Assembly: GCA_963920595.1 (NCBI GenBank)
Contig: OY986947.1
Coordinates: 4,278,001 to 4,342,000, forward strand
Direction: 5' to 3'
From: Eimeria praecox
Taxonomy: Eukaryota
DNA: 64,000 bases
The notes below the pieces were generated by a model that saw only the letters and a program-made list of their open reading frames with translations, was not told where the DNA came from and ran no database searches. Every line of letters begins with the position of its first letter. The first letter of the stretch is position 1. The position numbers and the translations under genes were made by a program. Below are positions 13,706 through 25,376 of the stretch, piece after piece.

Positions 13706-15188
13706 TTTGACTGTCTGGCTCTGGGGGCTTGTTCTTATTTTATGTCGGCGAAGCATAGCTTTTGGTACATCTTTTGGCTTTTTACTTGATGTCCTGGGAA
13801 TAGCATAGCATCTCTCCGATGCAGTGGCTACACTGCTGACGCCTCGCTCGGTGGCGTTCAACTGCTATCGCTTCCCTCATGCGAGACCAAACGGCAGGCT
13901 AGGAGTGAATTCCCATAGATCAGCTGCTTTAGAGGGGCCTTTTTATGAGGGGTTTTGTCCTCATTTCATAAGAGGCTTAGCTTTTTGAATGCAGTGTAAC
14001 AGGTGCTGACGTGACCCGAAGGAGCAGCGCTGGTGTGCTTAGTGTGTAAAGGTTTCAGAACAGACTACCTTTTGGAGGCGCGAAGAGCCCTGGACGAGTG
14101 CCATATCCTGGAAGCACAGGCCAGATGCTCGAGCATCATTCTGTTTAAGAATGCACGCTGATTAGGGGGATGCTCTCAACTGATATTTCCCGGCTGAGCT
14201 CTCTTATACATCCCACAACTGACTCCTACACTGAGTTATTCTTGACTAACTCCTTTATTAGTCCCCCAGTAGTGGGGTTTTCTTCTAGTGGTAGGCCGAA
14301 TAATAGTGTAGAGCGGCAAGCAGAGCAGTGGTACGGTGACTTGTAGCCATTTCGGGGGGCACACTAGGGAGAGCCATTGCAGGCTGTGGGTATCCAGGTA
14401 CCTATGGAAGGAATTAGGGACAGCAATATTTTTGCTTAACGGCTTCATAAGCTAATAACCACCTTCATTTGTAAAGGCAGTGCCCCGTCGCCGCCCATGC
14501 ACGGAAATGCGCTTTGGCGTTTCTTGCGGCGACTGTGTGCTCGACAAGCATCCGCATTTGTTGTATAAATTAAGTAAAACAATATTGTTAATCGACAAAA
14601 TGTTACAGGCAGCTTCTACACTCCAGCGGCGTCTTTGGTGACCCTTATGCCGGCGAGCGATGAAAGCGTGTTCTGGCCGTTGGCACACCACTGGTCCAAG
14701 GCGCATGCTTGCGGCTCGACCGGACGTTGACAGTGGCCTCATCCTGAGTCTTATTTAGAGAGTATTTAGTAGCTTGAATAATTATTATTGTCATTGGAAA
14801 CTCGACTTCATCGCCCTTGGGGACGGTAGGTGGGGCGAGAGGGGGCCACATGCCCTTCCCGAGGTGCTTTACAGTTTCTTAGGGTGCAGCAGTTCAGCTG
14901 GTGACTGTGCGTATTTTCTAAAGGACATGTGTTGTTTTATGCTTTGAAGGTCTCGGAAGACCTCAGCGCAGCACCCGCTTCGCCCCGGTTGACGATTTCC
15001 GTCGGTCGCATCGCTGTAAGCGATGAGCCATGTTACATCCCTCGCGTTTACTTTAATGGTTTGCCACACGGGTGGTATCTTGCCGCTTCATCGATTGTGA
15101 ACCGTATGCAGAGTTATCCTTCCTGTCTGTGGGGTGCTGTGTCCATGGGACGACCTTGCAGCAATCGTCAGGAGACGCAGCGCACAAT

Positions 15189-15312
15189 ATGCCTTCGAAC
15201 TCAACTTCGGTTCAGGAAAGGAGAGCCCCCGCATCAGCATCCAACGTTGGATGCGACGGGCTTAGCTTCACCTCTCCTTCGGGGGTGTCGCCTAATACTC
15301 TGGAGAGCCATG
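15189..15312 (+). CDS. Putative aquaporin 5' cassette A, exon 1 (MPSNSTSVQERRAPASASNVGCDGLSFTSPSGVSPNTLESH)
   Basis: ATG plus 41 codons + 1 nt, then a GTACAA donor. Same length and phase as 19510-19633, with 10/41 ungapped identities to it. Confidence 0.65.
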
Positions 15313-15571
15313 GTACAAATGTGTTTCACACCCCAAGAGCACCGCTTGTCTAATGCTAGCTCCATGCAGCCAACCCAATGCATGTGTGATTCCGAGCTTC
15401 TGCATTTCGGTGGCGGAGTCTCCTGCGTGCCCTTCTCAAATGACGAATCGCATGACTCGCTGTTCGAAAACTTAGAACTGGCGGATATTGAAATCCGCTA
15501 ATGTGCTTGGCAAGACATGGGCATTTCCTCAACGATGGAGCCAGAGTGTTTGCGTGTTTTTGTGTTGTCAG

Positions 15572-15694
15572 TGATAAGGCAAGCAACTCTTTCAAGGCAG
15601 ACACCGTACGAGAGGAAGCATACCGGATTTTCCCCAGGAGATACGGGGATCCTTCTTGGGCAAAAGGACTTCAACGCAACTTTGAAAAGGCCTG
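15572..15694 (+). CDS. Putative aquaporin 5' cassette A, exon 2 (IRQATLSRQTPYERKHTGFSPGDTGILLGQKDFNATLKRP)
   Basis: 123-nt phase 1-1 exon (ttgtcag|...|GTAGG), 24/40 aa identical to 19827-19949 with many synonymous differences. Confidence 0.8.
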
Positions 15695-17599
15695 GTAGGC
15701 TGACTCCGAGGAACCCTTCACTAAAAACACTTATTAAAAGCGAATATTCCTCCACCCAAAGTTCATTATTGTCTGTTCGCCACAATTAAAATGCACACTG
15801 CTGCGATATATCTGAAGGGAGCTGTGCTGCCAGGCTACCTAACGTTTCCGCCCCTTTGCCATGTTGTATGCATGCTTTCGAATAATCCGATCAAAATGAG
15901 CTTGTCTTAGCTGCGACTTGAAGCCGACAGAATACTGCTCTCTTACCCTTTCACTGAGTGTAAGTATTGTTCTCTTGCTGGGAGAATATGCCTCCGTTGG
16001 TGTTTCTGAAGTTTTTTTGCAGGCGTAAGAAGGTTTGCCTCTGTCCGTCAACCTGTCCGTGAACAGCAGCCTCCAGTAAACTCAGGTTCAGGCCTAAGCA
16101 GCAAGGCATGGGACAAAATACGTAGTTGGGGGAAAATAACCTTTGGAAAGGGCAAAAGCGGAGACAACAAAAAGCCAGATGCGGAAAATGGCCCAGCGGG
16201 TCGGTGCGAATCCGGCGAGCTAGGTGAAGGTACTACCCGTCGCAAGGAGACAGGGCGGTATGTTTCCTTTGTGTACGTTACCCACACTTTTTGTCTGCTG
16301 TGCTGCGACATTATTTAAAGCAGCTATTCACTATGCTCGCATCGCTGCACTTTGAGATCTTTCGTGTTTTTGAATCATTTCGAATAGATAATTGTCCTTA
16401 ACTACCGGCTAGGGAGGCGTGGCAGGTGGCTCCAGCATCTGGCTGTTGTTGGGGCAAAGAATTGTGGTTTATGTCACGCAGATTATGTTCTCTCCAGGGT
16501 GTGCTAGCTTCGCTGCAATATGATGTGATTGTGGCATTGTTTTGTACTAATTTCTGCTCAGGCGGGACGTCTCTTCCCCATCCGAAAGCCATTAACCAGT
16601 CAGCCTTGTTTAAGCGTTGGTAGAAGGGCACGCAGTGTGACGAGGCCGTAATTTGACTTCTTTAGCTCCGTTGTGTAGGCACCATGTAGAACTGCCGCAA
16701 CGCATTCAAACACGGGCAGATTGAATCGCGCTTTCTGTAAAGTGTGCTCTAGGGCGCAACCCCAGGACGCCACGTGACAGCCATTGAAGGCCTGAAATCG
16801 GGAGGCCAGGCTGGATGTCATGGCTAAGGGACAAAATTTTAGGTTCCCGTGTAGTTTGTTTGTTCGGCGTCAAACTCAGGGTCAAACGCAGTTAAGGGTC
16901 GCTTGGCTAGCTGTCCCATTGAAACCGTGTGTCATTACTACGTAGCAGCAGTAGCCTTTCAAGCTCCCAGCTCATCCAGTGCACTTGCAGGTGGTTCGAA
17001 GGCCAGAACTAGGATGAGATAAGCAGCTGGTCTATTACCAATAGGCCAACAGCTGGCACAATGCCGTCTCCGCTCAGAAGTTTGGGCGCTGGTGTTGCTT
17101 GATCCCTAAACAGGCAGGCGCCAATGTGCCACTACTTTTATATAGTATATTTGTATTTTGGCGTTTCTTTCATGTTCGCATTTCTTATAAACCAGAAACA
17201 AGTTAGGAAACTATACGCAGCTGTGTACGGTGCTTGACGTCGAGGAACGCCTACGAGGGACCGTCCCTAACAGACTAATAGACTTAAATAGGGAGGGACG
17301 TGCTTGAACACGCAGCGGGCCGGCACAACATATCATAATAATGCATATAAGCTTATGAGGAGGCACTCGCTGGATGTGGCAGATGAATATGCCCACCGTG
17401 AAGGGGATGGTGCGTTCTTGAGTTAGTGGCTGGTCAAGGAGTCGGAGTTTGTTGTGGCAGTTGGGCTTTCAGATGAAGGCGGCACCTACGTACATTTTTA
17501 TGAAGCTATAAAGGTGTAGAAAGGAATTAAGCAGTTGTATATCGCTCCCTCTGCAGCTGGTACGCTCATTTGTACTGGCGTGCATGTTGTCTACCGTCG

Positions 17600-18700
17600 G
17601 TCAGTGAAATGTTTAGAAAATGTCTTGTGTATCATTAGTGCATCCCCTAAGGAAGAATCTGGGTATGCTTGCGTATGAGATTACCTTGCACCAAGAGTTG
17701 GAACCAGCAGCGTTGCAACTCATGACAGACCACCCTTCTGCACGAGCTCTTCTTGCTTTTTGTACCGTTGTACCCAGAAAGCCTGGATACTGAAAGGGAG
17801 TTCAGCTGCTTTGCTGGAACTACTACATCACGTAGTTTAAATCTTACAGCCTGCAGATGCTTGTGATGAGAGCGAAGTGTTTTGCTCCACTTGATAGCGT
17901 CATACAAGAGATGCGAGCCCCACACAAAGTCCATACCGTAGAGGCTTGGTGTACGGCACCAAATAGTTGTAAAGGCCCATTACCAAAGCAAGCGAGAGCA
18001 TCTAAACGTCCTCTAAAAACCTTTCCCAAAGTCTTGCCTTTTTGCCACTCGAGTAGTGAAGATTAAACAGGTTCTGGCCCGTGGCGGGGAGGAGGGAAAC
18101 GGCTAGATGCCTTGTTGCTACGGCTGCGTTCTTCCCATCTCATCCATTGGGGACTACTTTTACCTCGAAATCAGTTCATGGAGAATGTCTCCCGCCCTTG
18201 CTAGCTGTCCAAATATGGCGGATACCGCGATACAGGGTCAGGGGAGGTATTGTTTGCTACTCTGTAGGTGTGCTTCCCTCTTCAAAATGCGCATGAGGAG
18301 TCACACATGCTATTGGCTTATTCTTTATTAGAAAAGCAGGCACGACAATGATGGCTGTATTTGAGCACGAGTACTACAGTTCTGGATAACATTAAGAGTA
18401 TGTGCCGTTCCGTAATGGGCTGGGCGGCTTCGCACAAGCTGAGAACTGCCTATAATAACTGAAACAACGGAGAGGTGGTAGGCGTTTGAGGACGTTTTTG
18501 CTTAAATGCGTGGATCGCTAGATCAGCTCAATCAGCAGAACTAAGCATGCCGAATTTACTCTCCGCAGCAGTACCTCAGCGTACATTACGCTTGCGTCGT
18601 CGCTTTGCGCCACCCAACATCACGGTGTATTCGGGTTTGATCGCCCCAAAGCGAATTTTGGAGTCTTACCGGACAGAATGCAAACCTCAAAAGAAAATAA
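17600..18700 (+). mobile_element. Possible decayed Ty3/Gypsy RNase H-integrase relic
   Basis: LQLMTDHPSARAL and QPADAC (RNase H-like, 17710-17870), then HPLG..CPNM..YCLLLC (Zn-finger-like) and weaker core-like traces. Broken by stops and frameshifts. Confidence 0.4.
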
Positions 18701-19509
18701 GAATGGTCCGCAACAGTCGCTAATGACACGACAGGTGGAATGCCTGACGAGCAGTCCACTCTGCTGCGAGCATCTACAGAATATGCCATGTCTTTTCCGT
18801 TCTACAAGCCTGTAGGGACTGAACTTGCTCATTAGTAAAGATGATATTGGTGAATATTTAATTTATAAGATCGAAACAAGTATACCTCCCTTACGGTAAC
18901 CACTGGAGTATTGCATTTCTGCGCACGGACACACCAGCTGCTCGCCAAGTTGCATGCGTGGGGTTCAGCAATAAATGTGTAGTATGCGAGCCCAAAATAC
19001 AGAAGGCAAAACAAAATATATGCGGCGAATCGGTTTGTGGCAATCCAAAGAAGATCATGGGGCCTGTGCGCGCACTCACCGAAAAAGACCGGTGGAGGTG
19101 GGTCAGGGGTAGCACGTGGTGGTTGCTTCATTGAGTTTCGCAACCCCCAGTATTTGAAGTAGTTTTTTCAATGTGCTTAACTAGCTAAATGATATAAATC
19201 GCGTGTCTGTTAGATGTTTAATAGGTAATTAGGGGCCATCACGGAGGAGAAATTTTCCATTCTACCTCGTGGTCCCAACAGAGGGCTCCTGCTGGCAGCA
19301 ACTCATTCAGGAGCCCTTGGCTTACCGAATTCCTGTGTGAGTGTTAATTTCACATTATTATTTATTATGTGGAGGCCCAACAGTGCACCGAGCACTGGCA
19401 TGCATACCGACAGGCAGCTGTGTGTGTTTGGTGTGTGTTTGGCGGAAGCTTTGCGCTTTTCAGAGGGCCAGCACAGTATTAAGGAAATCACGAAGTAGCA
19501 TACCACAAG

Positions 19510-21451
19510 ATGGCTTCGAGCGAGTCAACTGGGCAGCAGGGGACGGTTCCCCCGGCGCCCTCCAGCATTGCAGGCCAGCTCTCAAGCTTCCCCGCCCCAC
19601 CTGGAGGTTTGTCGCCTCCGGTCGAGGCCGAATGTAAGCAAGTACACGCTGCTCATTTGCCCGTCGTTCTGCATTACACAGTCCTGACTTGTCTGCTTGT
19701 GCGCTCTGACCAAAGCTTATCTGCGCATAGAGTATGCTTGTTTGCTGCTGCCGTGTTTGTGTGCCGCTGCACCCTCAAGTAACTCGGGTCCGTGTGTGCG
19801 ACTGACTGCTTGCTTGCTGCTTTTAGTGCAAACGCAGATGTCTCTTGCAAAACAGACGCCGTATCAAAGGATGCAATCTGGATACTCGAGAGGAGATACG
19901 GGTATCCTGCTTGGCCAAAGGGACTTCGCAGCTACATTGAATCGAGGAAGTAGGGTGGATTGTCACTTCACATGTAGCCTCGTTATGTTAATACATCATG
20001 CCTGCTTGAGAGCCCTAGAGCTCGAGGCGGGCTTCGATATGCCACTACCCAAGTAGTTATCGAGTTTTGTAAATATTGCACTGGATGTCTCAAGCAAGTG
20101 CGTCTTACCAAACCGAATTTCCCGCTTTTTGAAGTGTCACGTCAACGTATAAATAGTGGAGAGCGCAGCTTTGGATGGTCGACGTTATAGTCTCGGTAGC
20201 TAAGTATGCTAAGCCCCACGGGATCACGGCTCTGTATGACGGTGCAGTCAGAACACCGGCATTTCCTTGTCTGCGGCGTCCTCGGTGGCCAAGCTAATTG
20301 GTTTAGAGGGTGAACAGCCTCAACAAATTCGATGGCTACACCATGGCTACGTAGCCCCTTCTGGTCCTTCGTTCGTAACCAGTCACTCTTAGGGAATTGT
20401 GCGTCGTGTGTTTCTTCACTCAGCTGGTGGAACAGATACGAGGACTCAGCGAGGACAGTCGGTAGTTTCTCAGATGTTCCTACCTGTTGCGTCATCCGGA
20501 GAAGGTAATTGCCGACGCCGTGGCGGATTTTTTCCTTGCGACTTCAAGGAAGGAGGAAAACCTACTCATTGATAGGCCTTTAAACTGCACCAGAAAAGTG
20601 TCGCCACTGAGTGTGAGCGCGTCACAGTTGCGTTCACCCGCGACAGTTGCATGTGTCTCTTGTGCCTTTTTCGTCTTCCTGCAGGCTCCGAATTTCCTGT
20701 TGCTGAGGGACCTGCGGAGGATTCTCAGGAAACGTTGAGCAAGGGACATGTTCGCATGCTCTATGTAATTTTTTGCGCCCAGAAGTTCTGTTGTGAACTT
20801 CTCGGCACTCTTTTCCTTGTTACATCGATTGCCTTGGCAGAAAAGGGGAGCCATGCAATATTCGCACCTTGTTCGGTCTCTGCTGTAGTATACGTGCTGA
20901 CATTCTTGTTCGTGCCTATAAGTGGTGCTCACTTTAACCCTGCAGTTTCTACTGCAATGTTTGTGACATCTAAGCATTTCCGTGCCTTTGAATACATCGC
21001 ATATTTCCTTTGTCAGTTGATCGGAGGCACTTGCGGAGCCTTGATTGGTTGGGCAATTATGGGGGAACCCCTTGAAGTTCTTCCGCTCGATCCTGGCGCT
21101 TCCTCAGCTCGTTCAATTTTTCACGAAGTTATTCCGACAATCTTGCTTATCTACACATGCCTTGTACTGACATTCGCAACGAGTGCAGGAGACGTCAGCC
21201 TTGTCACCATCCCTCTGACTGCAGCGATGGCTGTTCTTTTCGGTGGTATTGCGGGAGCGACGATGAACCCAGCCGTAGCAACTGGTATTTATATGTCCCA
21301 CCTGATTTTTGGAAAACGCCACACAATGACTAGGGAACTTCTGATAGGTATATTCTGCCCGTTTCTTGGAGCACTTCTTTCTGTCATTGGCTTCCTAGTC
21401 ACTCATGCTTACACTCATCCTCTGGAGCTCCGGTTTATTCATTTCTCTTGA
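19510..21451 (+). CDS. Aquaporin (MIP family); model with cassette B: exons 19510-19633, 19827-19949, 20685-21451 (337 aa)
   Basis: The core exon has ELLGT, SGAHFNPAVS, EVIPT, GATMNPAV and six hydrophobic segments. It begins after a polypyrimidine-tract acceptor (cttcctgcag|GC, phase 1). Both upstream exons end in phase-1 GT donors and join in frame. The core is certain; the 5' exons are inferred. Confidence 0.85.
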
Positions 21452-22384
21452 CCATTGTAAGCAGAGCTCTTAGCTATTTTAGCCGGTTTGCACCTGAAGG
21501 TATCCAGGATGATCCTAACTGCATGCAGCGGCGCACAGCATGCTGCAAAGTTTTCGGTTGAGTGTCCTGATGGACTGGAGCGAGGCATTCCGGTGGTATG
21601 GTTATGATTTTGCCGAGTGCTTAAACGGACAGAAATGTTGATCTTCTTGAGGGAGCATCGTTTCGCGTTGAAGGACAAAGGCATCGTTTCAGCGACAAGG
21701 GATTGATGGCGTCGTTGTAGCGAGTGTGGATCGGGCACGGAGGTGCAGAACATTGCACCATAACGTCCCTCCAAAGCGTCCGACTAGTAGCTCACCTTTT
21801 AGCCGCAAGTGATCCAGAAGAGTAAGGCGTCTGCCAGGGCAGGGGTTGCACCCCACGTGCCCCCGTTTAGCAGCGCCTGCGCCCAAACATCTGGTCGAAC
21901 TCAAATTGTACTTTTATGCATGCCCATCAGTTCCCCTAGAGGCATTGCCTTTTCCCGGGGACTACTGCGGCACTGAATTGACGCTGGCTTAATTTTCAAA
22001 AGTCGTTTGGCATGTTATGTGGGAATGAATTTCGTTTGCATCCTACTGACTCCTACTGCCGTAGCTGCCAATGAATACTATTCAGGGACCACAGTTAAGT
22101 TCCTTTTCAAGGTACTAATGTGTAGTTGCAGGCTATGGCCTGTCCACCAAGAGCATTTGCGTACAAACCGAAATTTAGGTTTAACATCCACGCTTTCGGG
22201 AGTTAGTTTTGGGCGGGTCTTGAGGCTTCTTTTGACCTTCGGTGGGCAAAACAAAACGCAAGCCCACGCTTCGGCGTCTGTGTCTAAGGGTACACTGCAC
22301 CACACACAAAGGCGCCTTGTGCTGCGGACTAACGCGGCTTCTGAATTTCCCTTCCGAGGGAGCGGCAATGGCAGCCCAGTTGAA

Positions 22385-23809
22385 CTACAACCCTGCTAGC
22401 TCGCATTCTTTGTTGAATGCAAGGATCGCCTCCAAGTCCTGCTGGTCAGATGTTTCTTTTGGTGAACCATCTTCCGCCTTCGCGAGCTCTGCTACTGGAC
22501 GTTGAGCTTCGGCTGGTGGCGGCGTGCCAGCCGAAGATTCGTCCTCAACAGTGTCGTACTGGTGCAGCTGCTTTCTCCATTTCTGGTATGCGCGCTGAAA
22601 TTGGGCCTTACTGCATCGCAGTTTGGCATCCGGCGTCATGGGATCGCCTTCTGAACGACGCTCCGTTCCCACTCGCTTGAGGAAGTTGCGATAGCCTGCA
22701 GTGGCCTTCCCGATAGCTATATCCTTCATTCTCGCGCATTCACGTCGATGCCACTCCTCTTCATCCTCCTGTTCTTGCTGCTCCTTGCTACTGTTGACCA
22801 TTGCTTGTTGCTTCTTGACTGCTTGTGGATGGAGAAGACCAGGCAGCGGAGCAGCCGTCCCTGGGGGCAATCCAACTGGCATAAACATGGGAGAAACGAG
22901 GCCTGGCAATTGCAAGAAGGCGGGAGCTCCCATTTGCAACAGCAGCCCTGTATTGGAGGGGCCCTCAGAAGCCCTGCGCGTTCCACCTGATCGGTGCCGA
23001 TCACTCCCCTTTGCGCTTCGGCGTTTCCCCTGCTGTCCGTGTGACATTACTGAAGACTCATGACAGACGACTCGCTCAGGGAAATAACCATCTGCGGAAC
23101 GGCGAGAACAAGCAGACCGGCGTCTTTTGCTTTGAAGGAAGCGCTGAGGCACCCCCTCCTGCGCAGCTGTAGCAGATCCGTCTTGCGCGGGCGCCTCCGC
23201 GTTCTGGACAACTGCACTCGGGGCCCCATCTGGAGCTCCAGAGGCTCTTCTATTCCTCTTGGCTGGGGTAAGAGTAGCTGCTTCGCTTATCTTACAAGCC
23301 CCACTCCTCTCGCGTCTACCAGGGTTCGCGGGATCATCTTTCGTACCCGCGCTAGCCCCATCGTTTGGAACGCTCACCAGCAAACCCCTGAACCCAGGCA
23401 TCTTTGCAGCGGCACCGTCTTCCTCATCTGGAACTGGTTTGCTAGAATCCGATTTGTCTGATGAGGATGCAGGCGCTGCGTGCCCTGTGCCATGGCCTGA
23501 GGCGTTTTCGTTTTTGCTGGAGTCCTCGCCATCTAGAGCAGCTGCCTCGAGGAAATACTGATTCATTCCTGCCTGGCTGTTTTCGAATTCAGGCAGAGCA
23601 GCCGCCTCGTCTGGGGCATAAGACTGATCTGCTTGTTCGGCTTGCAACAAAAGTGCAGCCTGTGCAGTGCTCCCTGGGGCAGTTTTGCTGCGACTGAATG
23701 ACTCAGTAGACATGTCCGCCCACCGAATGCCTGAGCGGAAAACCGCCATCTTCTTTGTTGGAGAACAACAACCAGATGCTCTAATGAATTGACCCACCGG
23801 CCCTGCCAC
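22385..23809 (-). CDS. SLBP: Histone RNA stem-loop-binding (SLBP) domain protein, single exon
   Basis: 474-aa ORF. The C-terminal RRECARMKDIAIGKATAGYRNF...DPMTPD...SKAQFQRAYQKWRKQLHQYD matches the SLBP RNA-binding domain pattern (R.K.I..GK.T.GY..P.TP...W...LH.W/YD). The start may be the downstream Met (MAVFRSG). Confidence 0.85.
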   Translation of the reverse strand: MAGPVGQFIRASGCCSPTKKMAVFRSGIRWADMSTESFSRSKTAPGSTAQAALLLQAEQADQSYAPDEAAALPEFENSQAGMNQYFLEAAALDGEDSSKNENASGHGTGHAAPASSSDKSDSSKPVPDEEDGAAAKMPGFRGLLVSVPNDGASAGTKDDPANPGRRERSGACKISEAATLTPAKRNRRASGAPDGAPSAVVQNAEAPAQDGSATAAQEGVPQRFLQSKRRRSACSRRSADGYFPERVVCHESSVMSHGQQGKRRSAKGSDRHRSGGTRRASEGPSNTGLLLQMGAPAFLQLPGLVSPMFMPVGLPPGTAAPLPGLLHPQAVKKQQAMVNSSKEQQEQEDEEEWHRRECARMKDIAIGKATAGYRNFLKRVGTERRSEGDPMTPDAKLRCSKAQFQRAYQKWRKQLHQYDTVEDESSAGTPPPAEAQRPVAELAKAEDGSPKETSDQQDLEAILAFNKECELAGL

Positions 23810-25364
23810 CTACGCCTGAGACGCCACACAGCCAGCAGTTTAGTCACATGCCGCAATAAACCACCACTCAGGTGCCCCTGCAGAATGGTTGAAGGCATAT
23901 TTAAGCTGAGCTCCGGGCAGATGGTGCTGCCGGTAAACAACATCTCAGCACCCAGCACTGTTCGCTTAGGGAAGGGCTGCGTGAAACAAATTCATGAGCA
24001 CTCCAGGGGAACCGATATAAGCAACGCTTCTGCAGTTTATCACCCATCCAGTTTTACCCATCTTCTTCTACTGAAGATGGCAGACTGATATGCTCTCTCA
24101 GATTAATGCTCGCATTTGAAGACCACTTCGCAGTTTCCGTCTACCCACTAACCTTGAACAACAGTTCCTAATTTAGTTCACAGTTCACCTTCTCAGCCTC
24201 ACGGCAGAGTTATGCTGCACGAGTGTAATACTCAAATCGTGTCTGTTATGATGTGCGCTCTCATTATCCTCACCTCAGCTCTAGGGGGCGTTCCTTGGGG
24301 ACTGCAAACGGAGTGAGAGAGGGTCAGTGCGCAGCACTGCGTCCGACGGAAAAAAGCAGTAGACAAGTTGGTCAAGTGTAAAGCAGCATGAAATTTGGAA
24401 GCAAATTTGTCCTTCTGATTCTTTCCACGCTGGGGTGTTTGTTTTGGTAGCCGCAACGGTCGGCTGATGTCCCGGGGCAGTTCCAGATGCGTTTCCGGCG
24501 CCCCGGCTCCAAATGTTCAGTTGGGAGGAAGTTCCTGGAGAAAGAAGGCTTCAAAGACAATTCTACAAAGCTGGAGATGGAGGAGCTACACCCCTCAATG
24601 ACTGCTCAGGGACAGTAGTTGCACCCTGCAAGCAGCGCCAAAGAGCACCGTCAAATTGAGAGAAGAAGAGTAGACGACGTCAGAGCGGGCTGACGGAGGG
24701 TAGCGCTTCAATAAATTGAGTCTAACGAACCCCCTCGTGTCATTTAAATGCTGTTTTTCGAGAGAGAGTGCACTTGGGTGCTTTTGAGCATCACGAACGG
24801 GTGGGTGGGAGGTACACCCTCCTGGTAGGTCGCTATGTTCCTCCAGCCACTACATATCACTAATATTGGTCCGACATTAGGTGCGATCCCTAATTAGGTA
24901 GTGTATATAACCATGCAGCATATGAACATTCAAGATACTTCAACTAAAAGAGCCGAGAGATCTTCAGATATATAGAACTGGGGACTGTACGCGTGTGCTT
25001 GAAGCGAGGTCTCTCACAGCCCTGATACTGGCAGCATGAGCCTTGTTTGCACTGCGGCTCACAGTACCTTGTCCTAGTTCCCCTTTGAATATTTTTCTTG
25101 TGTTTACCCTTGATTCAAGCATATTTCCACATTCCGAGCCCACTGAAGCGTTGGGCACTACTGGTACCCCTCTTTTTTAAATGCTCTCCTTCCTTGAGAC
25201 CCAGTGATTGGGCGCCGAATTATTCTACAATAAGTTAAGCCTCCCGTGGCACAGATATTGACCACCATGGCTACTGGCACGTTGCCTTGCTTTGTGTAAT
25301 TTGTAAGGGCACTTCCGTTTGTAGGCCTACTTTGCAGTAGACCTTGGACTGTGTGGCATGGTGC

Positions 25365-25376
25365 TGCATGCATGCA
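25365..25376. promoter_or_regulatory. Tandem overlapping TGCATGCA motifs (example of a motif recurrent in the window)
   Basis: TGCATGCATGCA is seen directly. TGCATGCA is a known over-represented apicomplexan/ApiAP2-bound element, but function at this site is unproven. Confidence 0.3.

Noticed and set aside
13956..13996. Imperfect hairpin downstream of the SDE2 stop
   Set aside because: Does not fit SECIS or histone stem-loop consensus; such stems arise by chance.
15695..15789. Read-through tail making cassette A a stand-alone small protein (likewise 19950-20056 for B)
   Set aside because: Homology between A and B ends exactly at matching GTAGG donors, so the tails look intronic; not formally excluded.
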